A stretch of 33,033 nucleotides of DNA, taken from the IMG/VR virus record IMGVR_UViG_3300042464_000672, positions 1-33,033 of that record. One strand, given 5' to 3'. This document shows positions 25,376 to 33,033 of the stretch, piece by piece. Origin of the DNA: a virus. Lineage: Duplodnaviria; Caudoviricetes. The first letter of the stretch is position 1. Every line of letters begins with the position of its first letter. The notes under the pieces were generated by a model that was not told where the DNA came from, did not search any database, and worked only from the letters and a program-made list of their open reading frames with translations. A program made the position numbers and the translations under genes.

Positions 25376-27446
25376 GATAGACAACGACACCCCCTTCGGT
25401 CGTCGAGCCCAGAAGGTCATTGACGCTGCGAAGTCCCGAGGAGAGTCGATACGACTGGGGCCCCAACGGTTTCCAGGGAACACTCTGCATGACCTCCTCA
25501 AGGAGAGACACGGGGCCAAGATGGCGTCGTGCAAATGTCAGGAGTGGATCGATCGGATGAACGTCTGGGGTGTCGACGGTTGTCGTGAGCATATAGAAGA
25601 GATCGTTGACCACCTGCTTGAAGAGGCCTCGACAAACCCATCCGTGTCCACTGTAGTTCGGATGGCACTCCGGATTCCCTTCATCGGGAAACTCGAGGGG
25701 AAACGACAACTCAGAAACCTTGTCTTAGAAGCGATCAACATGGCCGAGTCCGCCCCACATAAGCATCTAAGCCAGGCTGAGCTATCCGTCCGCCTACACT
25801 CCCCGGCACATGGTTGGCCGAACGGGTGGAGGGACTGGCCTAACGTGGTCGAGTACCATCGAGAGATGCTCCGAGGTGTCTTGGGTGAGCCGGTCGTGGA
25901 GCCAAAGTTGGACCCAACCTCCCGAGCTATCCTCATCCCTGCAGGTGGGCGTTGCACGATCTACGACAGGAACGCTCCCCAATACTATTTCTGGGGAGCC
26001 TACGCGGCAGCTTGGGTTCTCCGATCGTATGGATGCACCCTACCCATTCAGTTCTGGTTCTTACCAGGTGAGATGGAAGAAATCGAGTTCTGTGAACTCC
26101 ATGCTCGGCGGGTCGCGGCAACCTGCCACGTCGTTGATACCACAGGCATGCGATGCGTCCACGGATGGCAGATCAAGATCAACGCGATCCTCCAAAGCGA
26201 GTATCAGCAGATCCTCCACCTCGATGCCGACAACATCGTTGCCAAAGACCCAACGTATCTGTTCGACAGTGAGACTTTCAAACAACACGCAGCCCTGTTT
26301 TGGATGGACAACCCACATGTCAATGACTACCACGGTCGCATAATCGAAGACCAGTGGATCCGTGTCGGGTCAAACCGCAAGGACAGGATCAACGATATTG
26401 AAACTGGTCAGATGTTGATCGACAAACGGAGAGGAGCCAAGGCCCTCAAGATCGTGAAGCACTTTGCAGACCGTGCTGACTACTGGGAGGGATTTAACGG
26501 GGGCGAACGGGGAGTTTGGTACGGAGACAAAACGAGTTTCCACATGGGGTTCAAGTTGACCAATACCCCACACTACATCCAACCATGGAATCGGTGGAAT
26601 CCCGGCGGGTTCTACGAGCACCAAGACCCTTCCGGCCAACTGATATTCCAGCACGCATGCCACCGCAAGGGACACCTGAACAATGGGCATGCGATCCAAA
26701 ACTTGGTGGGCAATACTTTGATTGCTGAGGCGGCAGCATTCAAGTCGCCTCTTGCGTTTCTCGACGGGTCCATCGAGGATGCCATGCGATGTATCGCCCC
26801 AGAGAGATGCTTCCATATCGAGAACGATCGGATTAGCCGGGAAACCTGGCTCGATGTTCTCGGCAGGAACGAATACCTTTTAGCCCCGACAGTCCCCGCA
26901 GACGAGGTCGTGATAGATATTGGGGCGAACTCCGGAGCGTTCTCATACGCCTGCCTCCGCCGAGGTGCGGGAACCGTCGTAGCATATGAGCCAGGGCCGG
27001 TTGCAGACTTAGCTGAGAAGAACTGCTCCGATTTTGGGAGTCGGTTCAGCCTAGTGAGGAAGGCAGTGTGGCGGTCCGATCAGGAAGGGATGAAGTTGGA
27101 ACTCGCTCCTTCCCACAGGGACCTGCACTCTGGGTCCATGTCGGCAGTGTTACCTCAGCGAGGTCCCCGTATCACGGTGGAGACGACCAGCCTCGATTCA
27201 ATTCTTCAACAGTTCGAGAAGGTCCACATCCTCAAGCTGGACTGTGAAGGGGCTGAATACCCGATCCTGATGACCTGCACCGAACTCCATCGGGTGGAGC
27301 ACATCCTTGGGGAGTACCACCACGTCGATGACGTGTGGTCTCTACAGGCCCTGAAGATATTTCTTCAGACCCGAGGATTTGAGGTGTACCGAGTCATTGA
27401 ACACGAACGCACTCACGGCAACTTCTGGGCAAAGAGGACGACATGA
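25347..27446 (+). CDS. Three-domain protein: Cys-containing N-domain + GT71/MNN-like glycosyltransferase + FkbM-family methyltransferase
   Basis: GT: IKINAIL..ILHLDADN..DPTYLFDS..ALFWMD, ETGQMLIDK, GDKTSF. FkbM: VIDIGANSG, LKLDCEGAEY, ILGEYH. Confidence 0.85.
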   Translation: MRIPEQWQIEIDNDTPFGRRAQKVIDAAKSRGESIRLGPQRFPGNTLHDLLKERHGAKMASCKCQEWIDRMNVWGVDGCREHIEEIVDHLLEEASTNPSVSTVVRMALRIPFIGKLEGKRQLRNLVLEAINMAESAPHKHLSQAELSVRLHSPAHGWPNGWRDWPNVVEYHREMLRGVLGEPVVEPKLDPTSRAILIPAGGRCTIYDRNAPQYYFWGAYAAAWVLRSYGCTLPIQFWFLPGEMEEIEFCELHARRVAATCHVVDTTGMRCVHGWQIKINAILQSEYQQILHLDADNIVAKDPTYLFDSETFKQHAALFWMDNPHVNDYHGRIIEDQWIRVGSNRKDRINDIETGQMLIDKRRGAKALKIVKHFADRADYWEGFNGGERGVWYGDKTSFHMGFKLTNTPHYIQPWNRWNPGGFYEHQDPSGQLIFQHACHRKGHLNNGHAIQNLVGNTLIAEAAAFKSPLAFLDGSIEDAMRCIAPERCFHIENDRISRETWLDVLGRNEYLLAPTVPADEVVIDIGANSGAFSYACLRRGAGTVVAYEPGPVADLAEKNCSDFGSRFSLVRKAVWRSDQEGMKLELAPSHRDLHSGSMSAVLPQRGPRITVETTSLDSILQQFEKVHILKLDCEGAEYPILMTCTELHRVEHILGEYHHVDDVWSLQALKIFLQTRGFEVYRVIEHERTHGNFWAKRTT

Positions 27447-28045
27447 AGTACAGACACAAGATAAAGTTACCCACCGGATTGACAAACGGGGATTGGGACC
27501 AGCCTCACTTGGAGGCAGTAATGACAAACCTCGGAGACCTGAGAGGCAAGTCCGTAATCGACATCGGCTGTTTGGACGGTCGGTGGTCGTTCGAGATGGA
27601 GGCCCGTGGGGCTCAGGTTACCTCAGTCGATGTCGTCTCCCTGCCGACATACCTTGCAGCCCACAGAGAGTTGGGCTCCAAGGCCAGGTACGTCACGAGC
27701 CGATTTGAAGAATACCCCATCGAAGGTAAATTCGATCTAGCTTGGTTCTGCGGTGTCTACTACCACTTGCCAGATCCGATTGGAGCGATGGTGCGACTGC
27801 GAAAGTTCGCGGACAAGGCAGTCATTGAGGGACACATTCTACCTGGGCTATCCCGGAACGTGGAAAGCTGGGTGGGCGAAGTGTACCCGACCCCGGATCG
27901 CTGTGTCGATGTCTCGTTGATCCCCACCCAATTCGTTTTGGAACAATGGGTGAGGTCTGCCGGATGGAGAATCGAATCCCACTCTTTTGACGTGGCGAAC
28001 AACCGCTTGGCCTTGGTTTGTTCTGCAGAAACACTGAAAGCATAG
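27443..28045 (+). CDS. Class I SAM-dependent methyltransferase (CmoB/DUF1698-like)
   Basis: LRGKSVIDIGCLDG and FDLAWFCGVYYHLPDP; ATGA-coupled to the GT fusion. Confidence 0.85.
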   Translation: MKYRHKIKLPTGLTNGDWDQPHLEAVMTNLGDLRGKSVIDIGCLDGRWSFEMEARGAQVTSVDVVSLPTYLAAHRELGSKARYVTSRFEEYPIEGKFDLAWFCGVYYHLPDPIGAMVRLRKFADKAVIEGHILPGLSRNVESWVGEVYPTPDRCVDVSLIPTQFVLEQWVRSAGWRIESHSFDVANNRLALVCSAETLKA

Positions 28046-28102
28046 TTACGGTCGGGTGTCCGGTGGATAAATAGCTGGACCCCACAACGTGGCCTGGGAA
28101 GG

Positions 28103-28124
28103 CCCTGCCCCGATCGGGGCAGGG
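28103..28124. repeat. Perfect 22-bp palindrome CCCTGCCCCGATCGGGGCAGGG
   Basis: Exact inverted repeat in the intergenic region. Confidence 0.9.
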
Positions 28125-28139
28125 TCGCCATGTTTCTGC

Positions 28140-28168
28140 TAGACAGACCTTGTCAAGCCTGATATGCT
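28140..28168 (+). promoter_or_regulatory. Sigma70-type promoter
   Basis: TAGACA-N17-TATGCT with an extended -10 TG, 33 nt upstream of ORF 28202. Confidence 0.55.
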
Positions 28169-28201
28169 GCAGTCTCACTATTTCCTGAATCGGAGAATCG
28201 C

Positions 28202-30826
28202 ATGGCCAAGGCCCGTGGAAACAAGCTCGTACAGCCGATGAACTACAGCCGGAATCCGATGGCTATTGACGCTCGGAGGTTGCAGACGAGTCCTCCCACA
28301 CCCTCAGGGATGTTCCAACTCCCTCCTGAACCAAGTGTCCGTGGTGGAAATCCGATGCAGCAGTCCCCCGCATCCACGGGATTCTTTGGCGGTCTTGGCA
28401 ACCGCCTGGATCAGACGGTTCAAGGGATTGGCCAGATGTTCGGGGCTCAGCCTCCACGACGGGACCCTTCGCAGGAGTGGATAACCGACACAAGACATCA
28501 CCCCTCGGAGGAGGCGTTTCGGGCGAGATTGCGGTCCCGAATGCCCCGTAACGGGTACGTCCCTCCCGTCCAGATGCCCTCGTTTGAAGATGAGTACGAC
28601 CCTGGCTTCGACCCTGGCTTCGGTATCGGTCCGCGTAAGGAAGATGAGTACGACCCGGGCTTCGACCCTGGCTTCGGTATCGGTCCGCGTAAGGAAGATG
28701 AGTACGACCCGGGCTTCGACCCTGGCTTCGGTATCGGTCCGCGTAAGGCGTTCGAACGCCCTTACCTAATCGACGGGGGTGAAGGGACTGACGCTGAACT
28801 ATTTGACTGGTTCCGTCGACGACGCCAACAACGCCGACCTGATACTCTGCCCCGAGAGAATTTTCAATACGGGCAGGAGGAGTCTCCTGTGCAGAACATG
28901 GGAGGGATGTTCCAAGTTCCGCCTGAGCCGAGTGCTCGTGTGGGGAACCCGATGTTCCCTGCGGACGCTGCACAAAGTTTTATCCAGTCTCAACGAAGAC
29001 CCTTGAACGTCTTCTCCGGGGGACTACAGGCACAGGCTCAGCCTTACGTCCCAATCGAACAGAGGGCGTCTGAAAACCCTATTGCCAGCCTCATACCTCC
29101 CGCCCAACCTTGGAGGTCTCCTTCTCCGACACTGGCCCAACCTTTGGTCCCGTTCGAGAAGAGGGACCCTGCTCGTCCTTTGGTAAACTTCATGCCTCCG
29201 GCCCAACAGCGGCGGTCCCCCTCGCCAATGACGTATGAAGAGCCGCGACCCGCCTCTGCCCTTGCTGAGAATCCGGAGTTCCCGCAGGGCCAAGGCCCCC
29301 TCCAAAAATTCGGGGAGTCTGGGAGTCAATTGATGGGGGACTACGAGCGGGGGGCATACACCCGTATGAAAAACGAGCGTCTTCGAGAGTTAGCTGACGA
29401 GATTAACGCCAAGAATGGCGTTCGCAATCCTATGGTCCCCAACTCTCCGTTGCGGCTTGACGAGTCTGGTCGCCAACTCCCCCCCATCGACCCAACCTCA
29501 GCCGCGATGAAAGAGGCAATTCGAGAGGGTCGTAGGGTTGATGAGTTCTTGGAAGGCACCCCTATCGCAACCTCGTCAGGGGAGGCAAGACGAAACGCAC
29601 AGAGTGTTCCGCCGGACCTGCAGAACCCTATGACGATGCGACCAGGTAGCGGGTACAACGGCAACATCGGATACGCGAATGATCCGAACCGTCCGAGCCC
29701 GGAAGATAACTTCCAGTCAGCCCAGCAGAGTGCGGAGTTTCAGTCGGGCAACCGAGTTAGACCCGGCAACGATGCGTTTGGGGATCGGTTCCGGCAAGAG
29801 CCTGGTCCGGGATACGATGGTCCCAAAACTCGGGAGTTGAAACGGATCGAGGCTCTCAAGGCTACCCCTGAGTACCAGGCTCGGGCGGCTGAGTACGCCA
29901 AGCAGAAGACCGCTAGGGAGTCACTACGTAACCGGGACAACCCCGCGGCTACTGAAGAAGAAGCCAAGCGGCGTATTGCTGCTAATGCTCAAGCCGCAGC
30001 ACGGGCCGCTAAACACCAAGCCTTCAAAGATGCCAACGGTGGAATGAACTACCGCCAGTACGACCGAATGACTGGCAGCAGCAACGGCAATAACTCTCTG
30101 ACAATGAAGGCTGTGCGAGAAGGACGGCTGAGTCCGGCAGAGGCTGAGTACCGTATGCAACTGCGGGCGGAGAAGGCACTACGCCGATCCGGTAACCCGG
30201 TAGCTCCGGGTACGTCTCAAGCCGGGATACTATACCCGGACCTGATGGGACGACAGCGGGGTGCGAGAGCGGATCAGAACCCGATGGCGCAGGCTGCTGA
30301 AGCCATGAGACCAGGTGGCAACCGTACCGCTGAAGGAAAGGCGGCTGCTAAGTCTTACTTGAAGACAGCATTCGCGGGGGGTGCGGATGAGTACGGGACC
30401 ACTGTACCTCCTAATGCATTCCTGAAGGACACAGGAGCCACCGGTGAAGAAGACAACATCGAGACCATGCACTTCGGTATACAGAAGTTGGTGCAGGAGG
30501 ATGTATCCCCTTCGGACGACGACTTGCAGGCAGTGTATGCTGCGGTAGTAGCCATGGACAGCGCGTACGGCACGCCTACCTACGACCCATTTGACATGAC
30601 GTATGGGGTAGAGTTTACAGGCACCGATAAAAAGCACACTGAGGTCTTTGGTCCGATGTACAAAGACCTCTTGAAGTTAAAGAACCCTAAGACATCTGAC
30701 CTTCAAGCGTGGTGGGCGAAGTTCAAGAGTAAAATCTCGAATGATACTGAGTGGGGGACTGAGGACCCAGTAGCTCCTCCTGGTAGCCCACCAGGTGTTA
30801 CCAGGGCCTTTCCAGAGCAGTACTAG
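28202..30826 (+). CDS. Large, mostly disordered protein; putative internal virion/ejection protein
   Basis: 874 aa, P/Q/R/G-rich, with internal repeats; GGAGA SD. Function inferred from position and composition. Confidence 0.7.
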   Translation: MAKARGNKLVQPMNYSRNPMAIDARRLQTSPPTPSGMFQLPPEPSVRGGNPMQQSPASTGFFGGLGNRLDQTVQGIGQMFGAQPPRRDPSQEWITDTRHHPSEEAFRARLRSRMPRNGYVPPVQMPSFEDEYDPGFDPGFGIGPRKEDEYDPGFDPGFGIGPRKEDEYDPGFDPGFGIGPRKAFERPYLIDGGEGTDAELFDWFRRRRQQRRPDTLPRENFQYGQEESPVQNMGGMFQVPPEPSARVGNPMFPADAAQSFIQSQRRPLNVFSGGLQAQAQPYVPIEQRASENPIASLIPPAQPWRSPSPTLAQPLVPFEKRDPARPLVNFMPPAQQRRSPSPMTYEEPRPASALAENPEFPQGQGPLQKFGESGSQLMGDYERGAYTRMKNERLRELADEINAKNGVRNPMVPNSPLRLDESGRQLPPIDPTSAAMKEAIREGRRVDEFLEGTPIATSSGEARRNAQSVPPDLQNPMTMRPGSGYNGNIGYANDPNRPSPEDNFQSAQQSAEFQSGNRVRPGNDAFGDRFRQEPGPGYDGPKTRELKRIEALKATPEYQARAAEYAKQKTARESLRNRDNPAATEEEAKRRIAANAQAAARAAKHQAFKDANGGMNYRQYDRMTGSSNGNNSLTMKAVREGRLSPAEAEYRMQLRAEKALRRSGNPVAPGTSQAGILYPDLMGRQRGARADQNPMAQAAEAMRPGGNRTAEGKAAAKSYLKTAFAGGADEYGTTVPPNAFLKDTGATGEEDNIETMHFGIQKLVQEDVSPSDDDLQAVYAAVVAMDSAYGTPTYDPFDMTYGVEFTGTDKKHTEVFGPMYKDLLKLKNPKTSDLQAWWAKFKSKISNDTEWGTEDPVAPPGSPPGVTRAFPEQY
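28586..28747 (+). repeat. 3 x 54-bp in-frame tandem repeat (EDEYDPGFDPGFGIGPRK)
   Basis: Units start at 28586, 28640 and 28694; unit 1 differs by one synonymous base. Confidence 0.97.
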
Positions 30827-30842
30827 TAATGAGGTGGAGTGA

Positions 30843-33033
30843 ATGGCAACGCTTACTGACCTGCTCAAAGCATCTCGGGTTACGAGCAATGCTGCCCAGA
30901 CTTTTGCCAATCCGCCAACTGAAGATCAGAGTTCCTCCGACGCTCTGAGTTCACTGAGCGGTATTGGCCTGGGTGCTGTCGCGTCTGTTGGTAACTTCCT
31001 CGACCTGCCCGGCAGTTCCGTACGTGACCTCTTGGCGGGAGAAGGTCTCGCAGGATCGTTTGACCAGTGGCTAACCCCACTATCGTCGGACAACCGAGTG
31101 TCGGGGCGTGACCTGCTTGAGCGGTACGGCATGAGGAAGAACCGAGAGACCGGCATGAGCGGTTGGCTCAGTGACCCCGGCGAAGGTGTGAGGGACTTGC
31201 TCGGCTTCGGTGCCGAAGTTGTACTCGACCCGTTTGGTCCCGGCACTAAACTCATCGGGGCTGCACTTGATGGAACCAAGCTCGCCACTGCAGGGATAGC
31301 CGCAGCCGACCGTGCTCACCCTCTGCTGAAGATGTTGGGTCGAGGGGCTGTCAAAACCTTCGACACAATACCTGGTGCAGTGCCGGGTTACCTCGCTCGA
31401 AAGGCATCTGAAGCAACGAGTGGGTTCAAAGCAATCTTCGACAAGTACGCCCAAGGTGTTACTGACGAAGTTGTGCAACCTATGGCCGTCAGCATCCGTA
31501 AGCAGATGGAGGCCTCTGAAGAGTTTCACGCCGCTATCACGAACGAAGTGGCGATGACTTCGGACAGTTTGGGGATCAAGCTGAAGGAGGACCCCAACCT
31601 TGATCTGAACGACCCAGCCAACTTGTTCGCAGAAGGATCCCCACTGAAAGTCAAGGCGTACCGTAACGCAATGACTCGGTATGCGGAAGGTGTCTACGAC
31701 CCCAACGCGGCTCGGCTGAACTCAGGAGACATCCTCGATGTGAACGGGGAGTTGAAGGAGGTCAAGTTCGTAGACTACCGTCAAGCGGGGGACATTGTCA
31801 CCCTTGTCGATGGTACAACCTTGCCGCTGTCTGGGGCAAAGCCTGCATTCATGAATGAGAATGTCGTGCTCCCTGACGGGGTCAAGAAGGCGATTGATAC
31901 GTACCTTACCGAAGTCGATAGGGTCCACGTTCAGGCACAGGACTGGGGAGTAAAGTCCGGGGATACCTATGATCCCTACATGGACCGGTACAACCCTCGC
32001 CAGAAGTCTGCAGAGTTGAGTCAAGCCGAGGCTCAGACCGGCATGACTGAATCGTCATGGATGCGACCAAGCCAGCGGAACTTGATGAACACCCTCAAGA
32101 CCGAGGGCGGTCGTGAGATGAAGTACAAGGCCTTTGCAGACGGCACTGTCGGAATCGACAATCTGTTCAAAGATAAGATGATCCAGGACGTGATTGAGAG
32201 GCTCGATGCGGATGGGCAAGCAATGCCTTTGAGCCACAACAACTCTCAGCTTGTAAACAAAGTGTTCCCGGACATGGTGGGTATACGCCACACCGAAGGG
32301 TTCGCACAGGCCATGGGCATGGAGGGCGAAGAGGCTTGGGAGCAGATGTTCGGGGACTTGGCCGAGGCTCCCCTGAAGGTCACCAAGGCCGAGTTCGTGA
32401 CCAAGGTCACAGACATGGCGAATGCTCTACAGGCACAGATCGCTGCGGGTACGGCTCAAGGGGTTCAGCCTGGCCGAGGTTGGTGGAAATCATGGACAGA
32501 CCTGCGTGACCCCACGAAGACGTACAACTTCAACATGGCCGCTGCACCGATGCTTCGTATCGACAGCACTAATCTGGCCTCGCTGGCAGGAGCCATGTCC
32601 CCTACAGACTTCCTTGCCGCCAAGGCACAGGTCGATCAGGGCATCGCTGTGTTCTGGGGTAGACGACCTCTCAAGAAAGGGCAGGCCCCTGTTGACTTAC
32701 TCATCGCTCCGATGAACAAGGCGAAGGTGCTGGTGGAGATGAACAGGCTGCTCAAGGGATTGGACAACGCATTAGCCAACGACCCTCTTAACCTACTCGA
32801 AGCCGCACACGATGAGGTCGCTCAAGTGATCGGGCGGAACTACGCCGACCGTGTTGATAAGTGGATGCCATCGTTGGATGCAGAAGGCAAGGCTGTTGCA
32901 ACCTCATCAGCCACGGGCGTTACTGCTTCAGACACTCTCAAAGGGTGGAGGGACCGGTTCGTAGACACCAAGGCCTTGGTCGACAGTGCGGCCCCCCTCG
33001 AACCGGGGAACATGGAATTCCTCCGGCTCGACG
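30843..33033 (+). CDS. Large putative internal virion/ejection protein (partial, at least 730 aa)
   Basis: GAGGTGGAG SD then ATG 30843 (MATLTDLLKAS...). Absent from the ORF track, consistent with no stop before the edge; both ends read in frame. Confidence 0.8.
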   Translation, partial: MATLTDLLKASRVTSNAAQTFANPPTEDQSSSDALSSLSGIGLGAVASVGNFLDLPGSSVRDLLAGEGLAGSFDQWLTPLSSDNRVSGRDLLERYGMRKNRETGMSGWLSDPGEGVRDLLGFGAEVVLDPFGPGTKLIGAALDGTKLATAGIAAADRAHPLLKMLGRGAVKTFDTIPGAVPGYLARKASEATSGFKAIFDKYAQGVTDEVVQPMAVSIRKQMEASEEFHAAITNEVAMTSDSLGIKLKEDPNLDLNDPANLFAEGSPLKVKAYRNAMTRYAEGVYDPNAARLNSGDILDVNGELKEVKFVDYRQAGDIVTLVDGTTLPLSGAKPAFMNENVVLPDGVKKAIDTYLTEVDRVHVQAQDWGVKSGDTYDPYMDRYNPRQKSAELSQAEAQTGMTESSWMRPSQRNLMNTLKTEGGREMKYKAFADGTVGIDNLFKDKMIQDVIERLDADGQAMPLSHNNSQLVNKVFPDMVGIRHTEGFAQAMGMEGEEAWEQMFGDLAEAPLKVTKAEFVTKVTDMANALQAQIAAGTAQGVQPGRGWWKSWTDLRDPTKTYNFNMAAAPMLRIDSTNLASLAGAMSPTDFLAAKAQVDQGIAVFWGRRPLKKGQAPVDLLIAPMNKAKVLVEMNRLLKGLDNALANDPLNLLEAAHDEVAQVIGRNYADRVDKWMPSLDAEGKAVATSSATGVTASDTLKGWRDRFVDTKALVDSAAPLEPGNMEFLRLD

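Noticed and set aside
28586-28747. CRISPR array
   Set aside because: The repeats are contiguous, have no spacers and are in frame within a CDS; no cas genes are present.
1-33033. DGR or retron, tRNA genes, alternative genetic code, lysis cassette, attP core
   Set aside because: I saw no reverse transcriptase, TR/VR pair or cloverleaf. Genes are intact and tightly coupled under the standard code. No endolysin or holin was recognisable. An att site cannot be identified without the host sequence.

Overview
A 33-kb segment of a tailed dsDNA phage or prophage (Caudoviricetes), almost all on the + strand. Host is probably Planctomycetota, inferred from a DUF1580-like HTH gene. Order: MazG-like NTP pyrophosphatase and a partial gene (minus strand); a palindrome-rich ~700-bp control/origin region; Prim-Pol/DUF3987 primase-helicase; small early genes; a C5 DNA methyltransferase with a nested alternative-frame ORF; a serine recombinase with two catalytic domains facing an excisionase-like HTH gene; a head module (scaffold, major capsid, cement, terminases, portal, adaptor); a tail-tube module with no obvious tape measure; Gly/Ser- and Cys-rich tail-end proteins; a GT71-like glycosyltransferase-FkbM fusion plus a second methyltransferase; and two large putative internal virion proteins, the last cut by the window edge. 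Most interesting: (1) the double-domain serine recombinase, (2) a candidate virion glycosylation/methylation cassette, (3) a ~95-nt three-hairpin RNA with an 8-bp loop-loop match ending in a terminator just before the primase, (4) a ~80-aa module shared by two distant genes, (5) the dual-frame methyltransferase. All family calls come from reading motifs by eye; no database search was run.
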